Part shown: piece after piece, positions 1-8,845 of the stretch
Layout: each line of letters opens with the position of its first letter
How positions within the stretch are numbered: the first letter of the stretch is position 1
DNA from: a virus
Lineage: Duplodnaviria; Heunggongvirae; Uroviricota; Caudoviricetes
Direction: 5' to 3' (one strand)
DNA length: 47,909 nt
IMG/VR virus record: IMGVR_UViG_2718218171_000003
Location: 1 to 47,909 of that record
Made by a program: the position numbers and the translations under genes
The notes under the pieces: model-generated
The model's database searches: none
What the model was told of the DNA's origin: nothing
What the model saw: the letters and a program-made list of their open reading frames with translations, nothing else

Positions 1-405
1 ATGGATCAGGTTGTTGTTTTTCAAAAGATGTTTGAGCAAGTGAGAAAAGAGCAAAACTTCTCCTGGTTTTATTCAGAATTAAAACATCACCGCATTGCAC
101 ATTACATTTATTATCTGGCTACGGATAATATCAGAATTATTACTCACGATGACACGGTTTTGTTATTAAGAGGAACCAGGAACCTGTTAAAAGTTAGTAC
201 GACCAAGAACCCTGCTAAAATAAAAGAGGCCGCATTGCTTCATATTTGCGGAAAATCAACATTTCGGGAATACTGTTCAACACTGGCAGGCGCGGGCGTT
301 TTCCGGTGGGTTACTGATGTTAATCATAACAAACGCAGTTACTACGCCATTGATAATACGCTTTTATATATTGAAGATGTAGAAAACAATAAACCATTAA
401 TCTAG
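1..405 (+). CDS. ycgX: YcgX-like (DUF1398-type) host protein
   Basis: Complete 134-aa ORF starting at window base 1; length and position next to iraM and the icd-site prophage junction match the E. coli ycgX locus as I recall it; not searched. Confidence 0.55.
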   Translation: MDQVVVFQKMFEQVRKEQNFSWFYSELKHHRIAHYIYYLATDNIRIITHDDTVLLLRGTRNLLKVSTTKNPAKIKEAALLHICGKSTFREYCSTLAGAGVFRWVTDVNHNKRSYYAIDNTLLYIEDVENNKPLI

Positions 406-611
406 CTAAAGTTGGAAGCTTAAGAAATGCTTCATAATTCAGTAAGACATTAGCATAATGGAAATAAAAGTGCAGAGACTATCCCTATGGATGATAAATA
501 CTGTCTTTTTATTGCCACTCATAAATAATCACCAGGCCAATACTATCAAATTGATATTTGAAATGTGATTACTTGACTTTCTATACGTTATTTTATAACG
601 GTTAGCAAATT

Positions 612-660
612 TATAAAACCAACGGGCGTGCCATACGCCCGTTTCAATACTTAACGCACA
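612..660. repeat. Second copy of the icd-terminator hairpin plus about 20 bp of flank
   Basis: About 50 bp nearly identical to 1480-1525; stem AACGGGCG / CGCCCGTT; on the minus strand followed by GGTTTTATAAATTTG. Confidence 0.6.
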
Positions 661-1107
661 TGTGTTTTGGTTTAGTCATCATCCGGTTATATGTATTTTA
701 GCCAGGAATGGGTTAAACCATTCCTATATAACTAAAAAATTGAAACCTTATTCTCATGTCATGCTTATATTCGTCATTATCGTTATATAAAAAGGCCAAC
801 CATAATGTTTAGCAAATTGGCACAAAGTAGTATAAAGGCTATGTTTTAATTACAGGATGTTCAGTCATTTGAATGTATAACATTTTAGCTAAACAAATCT
901 AAAACGAAGTGAATAATCTAATATTTTCACTAAATCTCATTTTGTTTGATATCTATTGAGATTTCTTGCTTTAAATTTTGTTTTATATAAACAATGGTTT
1001 TAATTTTTGATTAATTTGTTTTTTGGGGAGTAATATACACATATGCAAAGTCAAGAAATAAACATCCTAATGAACCATATTAAATACCGTGGGATAAGAC
1101 ATAACAA

Positions 1108-1431
1108 ATGAAGTGGATAGTAATTGACACGGTAATTCAACCTACATGCGGTATATCTTTTTCAGCCATATGGGGTGATATGAAAATGATCATCTGGTAT
1201 CAACCTACTATATTTCTCACTCCTGGAAGTATATTTACACCGGTTAAGTCTGGTATTATCTTTAAGGATAAAGAATACCCTATTACTATTTATAACATCA
1301 CACCATTCAACAAGGATTTATGGAGTTTACTCAAAAGCAGTCAAGAGTGTCCTCCAGGAGAAAGCGAAATAACAAATAAATGTTTACATAATAGTTGTAT
1401 TATAAAAATATGCCCATATGGACTCAAGTAA
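1108..1431 (+). CDS. iraM: Anti-adaptor protein IraM (RssB inhibitor)
   Basis: 107-aa [26 protein letters not shown]...CPYGLK matching the recalled IraM/YcgW sequence and length; lies next to the e14-type attachment locus as in K-12. Confidence 0.7.
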   Translation: MKWIVIDTVIQPTCGISFSAIWGDMKMIIWYQPTIFLTPGSIFTPVKSGIIFKDKEYPITIYNITPFNKDLWSLLKSSQECPPGESEITNKCLHNSCIIKICPYGLK

Positions 1432-1479
1432 TGGTCTTCATATAAATATTCTCGACATGATATTAATAATATCCACATA

Positions 1480-1512
1480 AATAAAACAACGGGCGTGTTA
1501 TACGCCCGTTTC
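1480..1512 (-). terminator. Rho-independent terminator of the displaced icd 3' end (also downstream of iraM on the plus strand)
   Basis: Minus strand: AACGGGCGTATAACACGCCCGTT hairpin followed by GTTTTATTT, starting about 25 nt after the icd stop codon. Confidence 0.6.
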
Positions 1513-1533
1513 AATATTTAACACATGTAGAGA

Positions 1534-1693
1534 TTACATGTTCTTGATGATCGCATCACCAAACTCGCTACATTTCAGCAATTTAGCGCCTTCCATCAGA
1601 CGTTCGAAGTCATAGGTTACGGTCTTGGCGTTGATTGCGCCTTCCATACCTTTAACAATCAGGTCTGCGGCTTCAGTCCAGCCCATATGGCGT
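1534..1693 (-). pseudogene. icdC: Displaced 3'-terminal fragment of isocitrate dehydrogenase gene (icdC-like)
   Basis: Minus-strand translation reads [52 protein letters not shown]-stop, the Icd C-terminus; no icd coding sequence upstream; AT-rich DNA begins at about 1694. Confidence 0.85.
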
Positions 1694-2197
1694 AACAGTA
1701 TATAAAAACAATAAGTTCAAGTCATTGATATTTAATGATAAAAATTATTTTATTGTCTTTTTATTAGCCAAAATCAACTTTATTCAACCGTTTGATTTCA
1801 TTGACGTTCGTTTTTATTTTGGGGAAAGGTTTTATCTACCATTTATATCAAAATTACAAGTCTACATTTTATTAACATCTCAATACATGTGAGGCCTTGC
1901 AGACCTTTGTGAGACCTTATGTGTCTCAGTTTTGTCCCATCTTTTATTACGACTTGCATAGCCAATGAAGATAAACGTGACGACAAACGGCGCAGCAATC
2001 TTCCTTTCTTTCACACTTTCCCAACCCAGCATGTATACTTTTCTGCCATAACTAAAGTGAATGCCTGTTATGAGCAACAAACAGGCATTAGCGCCGCTAG
2101 CATATTAGCTACCATTCGACTGCCATACTTAAGATTGATTTCTTAAGTATAACCCGGTTTCTAATACTACTTATATATTCAGCTCTGAGATTCATTT

Positions 2198-5100
2198 TTA
2201 TCTCGTAAAGCTAGTTTTATGACTTCCTGTTAGCTGACTGTCTTCATAATAAAATGCTCCACTAAACTCCTGTCGACCATAATGATGACTTGATGTGAGT
2301 GAGCCCCCTATAACGCCCTTTTCACCTAATAATGTCCAAACGATTTCAAAACCATTGTCCCTTAACATTGTTAAAAATGGTTCTTTTTTAACAAGTAGAT
2401 GCGGCTTTGAAGCATATACAGCTTCAGCTGCAAAGCAAACCATAGTTCCATTTTCATCATTGAAGCTACCCTCTACTTCCCCACTTTTTAATCCCATCTT
2501 TTCAAAGATTAAGTTACTAGGCTTCAAAAAATTCAAAGTTTCTATTTTTGATTTGTCGAACTCCTCTTCCCACAAATAATTAATCGAAGTGACACTAACA
2601 TCAGCAATCTTAGCTCCAGACTCCCGGTCTGTTACCGAAGTCCAGTCAGATCCACCATAATAATCTGATTTAAAAGACTTAAATGCTTCGGACCAATAGT
2701 ACTCCCTATTAAATAATTGGTATCTATCAGTACATTCCGGCATCCACCTGCCCATAAAGTCTTGAGCTATTGCCCAATATCTAAAATTTTCAAATTCTTC
2801 AACTTTAACGATATAACTTCTGATCTGATACCAAACCTCTTTTCGTGGGTGCCCCCAATCATCGTTTCCAATAATTTTTGGTTCTTTCCATGATGGATAA
2901 CTTTCTAATACTATCCATTCATCACCATTATCATCTTTAACTTCAATAAAAGCATATGAATTAGTTATAGTAGTAGAACTTTTAACCCAGTCTTCATTAG
3001 AGCAAGTCCAATCAAACACTTCATCATTAAGCCACCACATTTCTTTATTGCTTATTTTTTTCGTTCCAGTTTCTTTAAGTAAGATAGTGGGATCTATATC
3101 TCTTACGTAAGGCTCCCATGGCCCTTGGTATGGATTTTCCTTTCGTTCGTCACCATAACCTTCAAAACGAGTAAAATTATCGGCTAGCCTTGCCATGTAT
3201 TCATAATAAGCAATCCATTGGTATTTTTTACCAATCCGTTCTTGGAATGCCTCTCTACGTCCACGTCCAGTTCCTATTTGTTGGTCAAAATTACCATGCT
3301 TCTCCGGATCCCAACCAAGCTCTATAACACGATTGAATATAAATTGTTGAGCTAGTCGAAGATCAAAGTGTTTATCAGTTTCCAGCAGATTATTATTATG
3401 ATCCAGGTATGGCTCTATTTCATTTTCAAACTCACTTAACAGATCGTATGACAATGAATTCTTAAATAATTTCTTGCTCGCCTTTATTTCTTCCTGTGCT
3501 TTTCTACCGACCACACGACCAAATTTAATTCCTTCGCATTTATCATCATAAATGAAAGGATCTGTGGCATCATACAAATCTTTTTGTTGATCAGTTAGTT
3601 TACATTTGAAAGTTTTAAAAACTTGCTTACGGTCAACAGGGGTTTCATTAAACTTGCAACCAGACCAATCAGAATGATTATAATTTGTACCAATAGTATA
3701 TCGTGAAAAGTCACCACCTTCCATAATCGAGCTCCAGAGTTCCCGATAAGGTTCTTTATCATAAAGGGACTCTAGTTCCTCTTTTGAAGGAATCTTGTCA
3801 GGCCAAATGCTGTTGTAGGGTGGTCTAGTCTTGGATAATTCAATGCTTTCAAGTTCCAATCCAAGATGATTAGCAAATTCAATAATCTCTCTAGCATAAT
3901 CTCTAAGTAATATATTTGGATACACATACTCAGAACAAAATACCTTTTGGTAAACAGTTTCGGCTAAATATTTTAGTTCTTTAATATTATCAGTTCGCAA
4001 TGTACAGCCTAATGCAACTGCAAATATTCTTTCCCAAACGTAAGGATCATTTACACCATAAAACTTATCAATTATTTTTCTCAATACAGGAATTCTTGGC
4101 TCGAGTAAACTCACTAAAGCCTTGGTTGAGCAATCTCGAAGTTCTCGGTTACTAGAAGTTAAAAACCAGCATAAACTAGTTGCAACTAGCTCGATTGACT
4201 CATCCGAAACAAAGCTTTTATCTGTTCTGGCCCATGCCCAATCGATTAGATGCCTAAAAGCTGAGTCTTCACTATATTTATATTTAAGTTCTGTAGTCCA
4301 AAACGAATCTCGATTTGCCAAAGAATAATCTTTTAGCCAATCATGCAAGAAATTAGCATTAAAGGGATGGTCAACTAAACCTGAAATAGAGATCACTGCC
4401 TCGAGGAAATGATCAAAACTATCTTTAAATTTAAAAACATGTTCATTGATGAAAGGTCTAATTTTTTCGAAATCAATAGCCTTAATATCTCGCCATATCA
4501 AGCTATCAATAAAGGCTTCTAGTAATTTAAGATTATTGCTAAACTCCGGCAGAAATTCATAAAGCTCTTTTTCATACCTTTCTGGCAATTGAATAGACAG
4601 CGCCTCTACTATTCCCGATTTTATATAAAAATCACATTCATCATGAAAATATTTTTTCAGACGACCATCAGGCTTAAATTCACTTTCGATATTTTCAACA
4701 TCATTTAATAAAAAATTAACAGTTAAATGATCATCAAACCTTTCAAAAGCCACATAAACTACTTCCTCAGTAGAATTATCATCATTTCTCACTATGCCTT
4801 TAGTCAATAATCCTTCGTCAATCAAGGCGCTGAGGAAGGTTTTATCAGCAACATAATCATTAACTACAGATTGAACCACTGAGTGAGCATCTTTAAGTGA
4901 AATACTATTACGACCAATCTCTAATTTGAATTTTATGATTTCATTGAGAGCATCTTTAACAAGAGGAAAACTGGGATCGAATGCATATTTTCTTGGCGAT
5001 GCTAATGATTTATTTACCCCTTCCACTAAAAAGTTAAAAATATTTGAAATCCCATTAAATCCAACAGGCACTTTGGTTAAACCATTTTTCTTAATGCCTT

Positions 5101-6652
5101 CACACAATAACTTAAGAAATAGAGGGTTTTTAAACTCTGGATTAAGGTTAGGTGATGAAGGCCTCTCTATATTGTAATAATCATAAAATAGACTAACCGC
5201 TTCCAACTCAACGCTCTGAAATCCAATATGTTCATGAATTTCAAAATTATTTCGCTCAACATTCTCATGTGAAATTGTTACATTTCTATATGTTGTTCTG
5301 ACTGACATTATCAGACCAAGCCATTCAAAGCCTCTGATTTCATCGACAAAACTGTTAATATTGTCATTCCAGAATTTATTTCCATTACCTTCATTAATAG
5401 CATCAATAAAAACTAAGACTCTTTTTCCTGTTTTTTTGCCATATAAATTCAGTTTTTCTAGGAATTCACGAGAAGTGATTTTAAGCTGTAATCTCTTGAA
5501 GATTTGTGACCATGGAGATTCATCTGAAGTAAGTTGTTGCCCTAGTATGAGTAGAGAAGGATACCCAGAAGCAATTCGATTTTTAATCACATCAGCCAGT
5601 AAATGAGACTTACCAATTCCAGCTTTTCCTTCGAGAAGTAAGAATGGGTTGTTAGCCAACTTCACTGTTGTTGAATTAATGAATGTACGTAATTCATTGC
5701 ACGCATAGTCAAGTTCCCGAAGCATTCGCAGAGTAGATGAATACTTATCACTGTAATGCTTGGTTTCACCTACTTGTTCTGATTTTTCTCGGAGTTCCCA
5801 CAATATTGATTCCGCTCCGCCAATAGCTGTCTGGCAACTAGAAACATAGTTATTAAATTTATTTATAGGGATTTCATCTAATTTAGAAAAATTAATTTCT
5901 TGATATATATCAGAAATTTCTTTTAAGGACTGGTCTATTTCAGATAATTGTGAGGAAATTACATCGCAACTATGTAATTTCTTTCCAGTGACCAGAAAAC
6001 TATCTATATGCGAATAAAATATTTTAGAAAAATTATTAGTTCTACCGAGACCATCAAATATCTCTGCTATTTCTAGCTTTACGTTGAGTTCGGGTGTGTA
6101 TCGGCCTCCCAAGTCAGCTATTGCTTGACTACTTTTCTCATTTAACCAATCATCACTCAAGTGAAAAGTTAGTTTCTCATCTATAGACCGCAAAACAAGT
6201 TTAATTTGAATAAGCTCTTCATTAATATCGAATATTTTTTCTTTATAAGTTTCTTCGATATGTAGCTTTTTTAACTTCGAACAATTATTTATTTTTAACG
6301 ACAACATCCCATAAAAAAGGCTGAGTTGTTGTTGAGTTGGGGGAGTGACGCTTGGATATTCTTTGAACTTGTCTAATAACATCTCTTTGTCAGGGAACTC
6401 TTTAAAAAGGATGTGCTCATTCAACATCTCAAACAATGGTTTAGAATGATAAAATGGAATTGCTCCACTTTCTACTGGATATGTTTCTTCAAACTCAATT
6501 GCCGTCTCTTCAATTAGTTGATATAATCTATCCACATATTTTTCTGTGGGGAATAATGCTTTCTTAATCCAACTATATCCTTCTTGAGAAATGAATTGAT
6601 CAATAAGTTTAGTTGCTACATAAGTTGCCACTGTAATTGATATGGGTTCCAT
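2198..6652 (-). CDS. NACHT/STAND-type P-loop NTPase (NLR-like), 1484 aa; candidate antiphage defence protein
   Basis: Uninterrupted 4455-nt ORF; Walker A GKAGIGKS (aa 342-349, codons 5606-5629), Walker B-like VLVFIDAINE (aa 412-421), sensor-1-like LIMSVRTT (aa 447-454), NPLFLKLL helix; N-terminal about 330 aa and C-terminal about 900 aa without assignable motifs; strongly AT-rich unlike neighbouring phage genes; RBS GGAAGA 8 nt upstream of ATG. Confidence 0.7.
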   Translation of the reverse strand: MEPISITVATYVATKLIDQFISQEGYSWIKKALFPTEKYVDRLYQLIEETAIEFEETYPVESGAIPFYHSKPLFEMLNEHILFKEFPDKEMLLDKFKEYPSVTPPTQQQLSLFYGMLSLKINNCSKLKKLHIEETYKEKIFDINEELIQIKLVLRSIDEKLTFHLSDDWLNEKSSQAIADLGGRYTPELNVKLEIAEIFDGLGRTNNFSKIFYSHIDSFLVTGKKLHSCDVISSQLSEIDQSLKEISDIYQEINFSKLDEIPINKFNNYVSSCQTAIGGAESILWELREKSEQVGETKHYSDKYSSTLRMLRELDYACNELRTFINSTTVKLANNPFLLLEGKAGIGKSHLLADVIKNRIASGYPSLLILGQQLTSDESPWSQIFKRLQLKITSREFLEKLNLYGKKTGKRVLVFIDAINEGNGNKFWNDNINSFVDEIRGFEWLGLIMSVRTTYRNVTISHENVERNNFEIHEHIGFQSVELEAVSLFYDYYNIERPSSPNLNPEFKNPLFLKLLCEGIKKNGLTKVPVGFNGISNIFNFLVEGVNKSLASPRKYAFDPSFPLVKDALNEIIKFKLEIGRNSISLKDAHSVVQSVVNDYVADKTFLSALIDEGLLTKGIVRNDDNSTEEVVYVAFERFDDHLTVNFLLNDVENIESEFKPDGRLKKYFHDECDFYIKSGIVEALSIQLPERYEKELYEFLPEFSNNLKLLEAFIDSLIWRDIKAIDFEKIRPFINEHVFKFKDSFDHFLEAVISISGLVDHPFNANFLHDWLKDYSLANRDSFWTTELKYKYSEDSAFRHLIDWAWARTDKSFVSDESIELVATSLCWFLTSSNRELRDCSTKALVSLLEPRIPVLRKIIDKFYGVNDPYVWERIFAVALGCTLRTDNIKELKYLAETVYQKVFCSEYVYPNILLRDYAREIIEFANHLGLELESIELSKTRPPYNSIWPDKIPSKEELESLYDKEPYRELWSSIMEGGDFSRYTIGTNYNHSDWSGCKFNETPVDRKQVFKTFKCKLTDQQKDLYDATDPFIYDDKCEGIKFGRVVGRKAQEEIKASKKLFKNSLSYDLLSEFENEIEPYLDHNNNLLETDKHFDLRLAQQFIFNRVIELGWDPEKHGNFDQQIGTGRGRREAFQERIGKKYQWIAYYEYMARLADNFTRFEGYGDERKENPYQGPWEPYVRDIDPTILLKETGTKKISNKEMWWLNDEVFDWTCSNEDWVKSSTTITNSYAFIEVKDDNGDEWIVLESYPSWKEPKIIGNDDWGHPRKEVWYQIRSYIVKVEEFENFRYWAIAQDFMGRWMPECTDRYQLFNREYYWSEAFKSFKSDYYGGSDWTSVTDRESGAKIADVSVTSINYLWEEEFDKSKIETLNFLKPSNLIFEKMGLKSGEVEGSFNDENGTMVCFAAEAVYASKPHLLVKKEPFLTMLRDNGFEIVWTLLGEKGVIGGSLTSSHHYGRQEFSGAFYYEDSQLTGSHKTSFTR

Positions 6653-6731
6653 GATTAGCTTCTTCCAACAATTAAATTTTTTACCAAGCGTTTATGCTTT
6701 CCAATAATTATTACATCTCACCGTAAAACAT

Positions 6732-6759
6732 ATTTATATGGTTTTAAACCTATCTGTAA
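6732..6759 (-). promoter_or_regulatory. Candidate sigma70 promoter for the NTPase gene
   Basis: Minus strand -35 TTTACA (6759-6754), 16-nt spacer, -10 TATAAA (6737-6732), about 75 nt upstream of the ATG at 6652. Confidence 0.3.
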
Positions 6760-7183
6760 ATCTTGACACCTTGGCAAGAACCTAATCCTACATTTTAATA
6801 TCAATCTATATAATATCGCCAGCGTCATAATAATCGGGCTTGTCATAGTTAAGTATTCGCCTCCGATATCCCAATGAGATAAGTAAGTCATAAGTGTTAT
6901 AAATGAAAAGGTTACATTTTTCAAAGAGTTATTATGATGGAATATTATTCAAAACGCAATGTGGCTGAAACGAGTCTGAATCTAACATCCGCTCCTAGCA
7001 CATAGCAGCCATAGAGACAGTGGCGTAAAATCATGGAGGATCGGTGGGAGAAGGTGCAAATCCTCCCATACAAAAAATACGTAAAAACGGTAACGGCTGG
7101 AAATCATTCAATACTCGCACTATCGAAAGTTAACCAGCCAGCCGCAGTATCCTATCATGACAAGTTACTGCGGCTTTTTATAT

Positions 7184-7471
7184 TTAACGGATCAACAGCC
7201 AGACCAGCAGACACACCACCACTGGCACAGCAAAATCCATCAGGCTTGCCACATCCCATGCACGAGGATCAAAACCGCCCCACCACGGCATGTTAATCCG
7301 CTTGCCATGCCCGAACATTTCAATCCAGCGATATTCTGCCTGGGTATGTTCACGAGCGATGAAGAACGTACAACCAGCTATCGCTCCGTAAGCCCAGTTC
7401 CCGGTAAAAAGACCAATCAGTAACTGCGCAGCCACAGCACAAAGCGCATGAAGGAAAGGTGTTATATCCAT
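7184..7471 (-). CDS. Small integral membrane protein (about 95 aa), function unknown
   Basis: Hydrophobic segments ALCAVAAQLLIGLF and FAVPVVVCLLVWLLI; ATG at 7471 with GGTAGGA RBS (track ORF extends to a TTG at 7486). Confidence 0.5.
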   Translation of the reverse strand: MDITPFLHALCAVAAQLLIGLFTGNWAYGAIAGCTFFIAREHTQAEYRWIEMFGHGKRINMPWWGGFDPRAWDVASLMDFAVPVVVCLLVWLLIR

Positions 7472-7486
7472 TTTCATCCTACCCAA

Positions 7487-7507
7487 TAAAACGGGGCGCT
7501 CGGCCCC
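7487..7507 (-). terminator. Rho-independent terminator after the tail-fibre gene
   Basis: Minus strand GGGGCCGAGCGCCCC hairpin followed by GTTTTATTGGG. Confidence 0.5.
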
Positions 7508-7513
7508 TTAATA

Positions 7514-8554
7514 TTATTTAGACGCAAGCGCCGCCTCAATTGCAGATAATCTTTGTCTTAATTCTGCGTTTTCTTCTTCCAGTGCTGTTATCCTGTCGTC
7601 TGACTCTCTGGCTACCTGAACAAGCAAACCTGTTACGCCTGAGTAATCAACGGTATAGTATCTTTCTCCCTCTTCTCCATCAGACCCATTGTCCCCGCTC
7701 TTGTACTTTATTGTGCTACCAACTGATTCAGGGATTGCATTAAGTGCCTCTTGCGCAATAACGCCAGCATAAGGCATACCATTAGACTTGAGACGGTATG
7801 TATATCCATTCATTAATCTGATGCGTTCAGTGGCATTGTCAATAACCTGAATATTTTCTTTAAGATCTCTGTCCGACACCTGGTCGAATGATGTTGCCTT
7901 GCATGGCCCGTTTATCTCAAGCTGATAGGTTTTATCTGGGTTCCTTTGTGCATAAAACAAAAAAAGCCCGCCATCATCCCTAATTTCATAAACAACTGGA
8001 CGACTGGAGTTTCCCCATAATAACGTCGATACACCAGAATACGCCGTACCTTGCGTGTTTAGTGTCATGGTCGAACCATGATTAGCGTATTTGATTTGTA
8101 ATGTGTCTGTGTAATCAAATTTAATAAGCGCGTTACTTCCCCGCACACCATACGACATGAGACAGTTCCCCATCTTGAGGTAACCATCACTGCCTGGAAA
8201 AATTAATGTTCCGCCGTAAAGATTACTAAAGTCCCACCAAATACCCTTTTCGCCATCTTTTACGTGTAGTCGCGCCATTGCAGCTTCATCGCCTGCAACA
8301 TTTTTTCGGGTATAAAACTCAGTATATACATCGATTTTATCGGCAGTCTTATGAATTGAACGATGTTTACCACCAAAGACAGTACCAGTTGTCGGCAAAG
8401 TACTATCTTTTTTGGTAGCATCCCAATCACCTAACACCTCGCGTTTACCATCAACATAGGATTTTGTTGCGTAGCTTCCAAGATCAGTTTTTAATTTGCT
8501 AACATCGGATTTTAGCGTTTTGATGTCATCAGGAATTACTGTCGATGTAGCCAT
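7514..8554 (-). CDS. Tail fibre-like protein with C-terminal intramolecular chaperone (peptidase S74-type) domain
   Basis: 346-aa ORF; motif SDRDLKENIQVIDNATERIRLMNGYTYRLK followed by GVIAQEALNAIPE and a terminal coiled coil ITALEEENAELRQRL, typical of self-cleaving chaperone domains of phage fibres. Confidence 0.7.
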   Translation of the reverse strand: MATSTVIPDDIKTLKSDVSKLKTDLGSYATKSYVDGKREVLGDWDATKKDSTLPTTGTVFGGKHRSIHKTADKIDVYTEFYTRKNVAGDEAAMARLHVKDGEKGIWWDFSNLYGGTLIFPGSDGYLKMGNCLMSYGVRGSNALIKFDYTDTLQIKYANHGSTMTLNTQGTAYSGVSTLLWGNSSRPVVYEIRDDGGLFLFYAQRNPDKTYQLEINGPCKATSFDQVSDRDLKENIQVIDNATERIRLMNGYTYRLKSNGMPYAGVIAQEALNAIPESVGSTIKYKSGDNGSDGEEGERYYTVDYSGVTGLLVQVARESDDRITALEEENAELRQRLSAIEAALASK

Positions 8555-8563
8555 TTTTCTTCC

Positions 8564-8845
8564 TCACATCCAGCCACGAAGTTGATGCTCAACAGCAACC
8601 GCGTATTCATCGAATAATGACGATATTTGCGAATCATTAATGATGCGCACGTTTACAAAATATCCGTCTTCCTTAACACATACCGGTTCGCCATCTTCAG
8701 TCAGTTCTCCGGTTTCTTTGTACACGTCACCTATCACGTCAATGAGAATATCATCCTGCATCGACTCGTCATCATAATAGCCAGTGCTATCCATAAAGGC
8801 CGAAAATTCGGCCCTGTCTTCAAATTTGAGTGTTAAATCTTTCAT
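8564..8845 (-). CDS. Acidic 93-aa protein, translationally coupled to stf (TAATG overlap), unknown function
   Basis: ORF start overlaps the stf stop codon by 1 nt; Asp/Glu-rich; no recognisable motif. Confidence 0.5.
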   Translation of the reverse strand: MKDLTLKFEDRAEFSAFMDSTGYYDDESMQDDILIDVIGDVYKETGELTEDGEPVCVKEDGYFVNVRIINDSQISSLFDEYAVAVEHQLRGWM

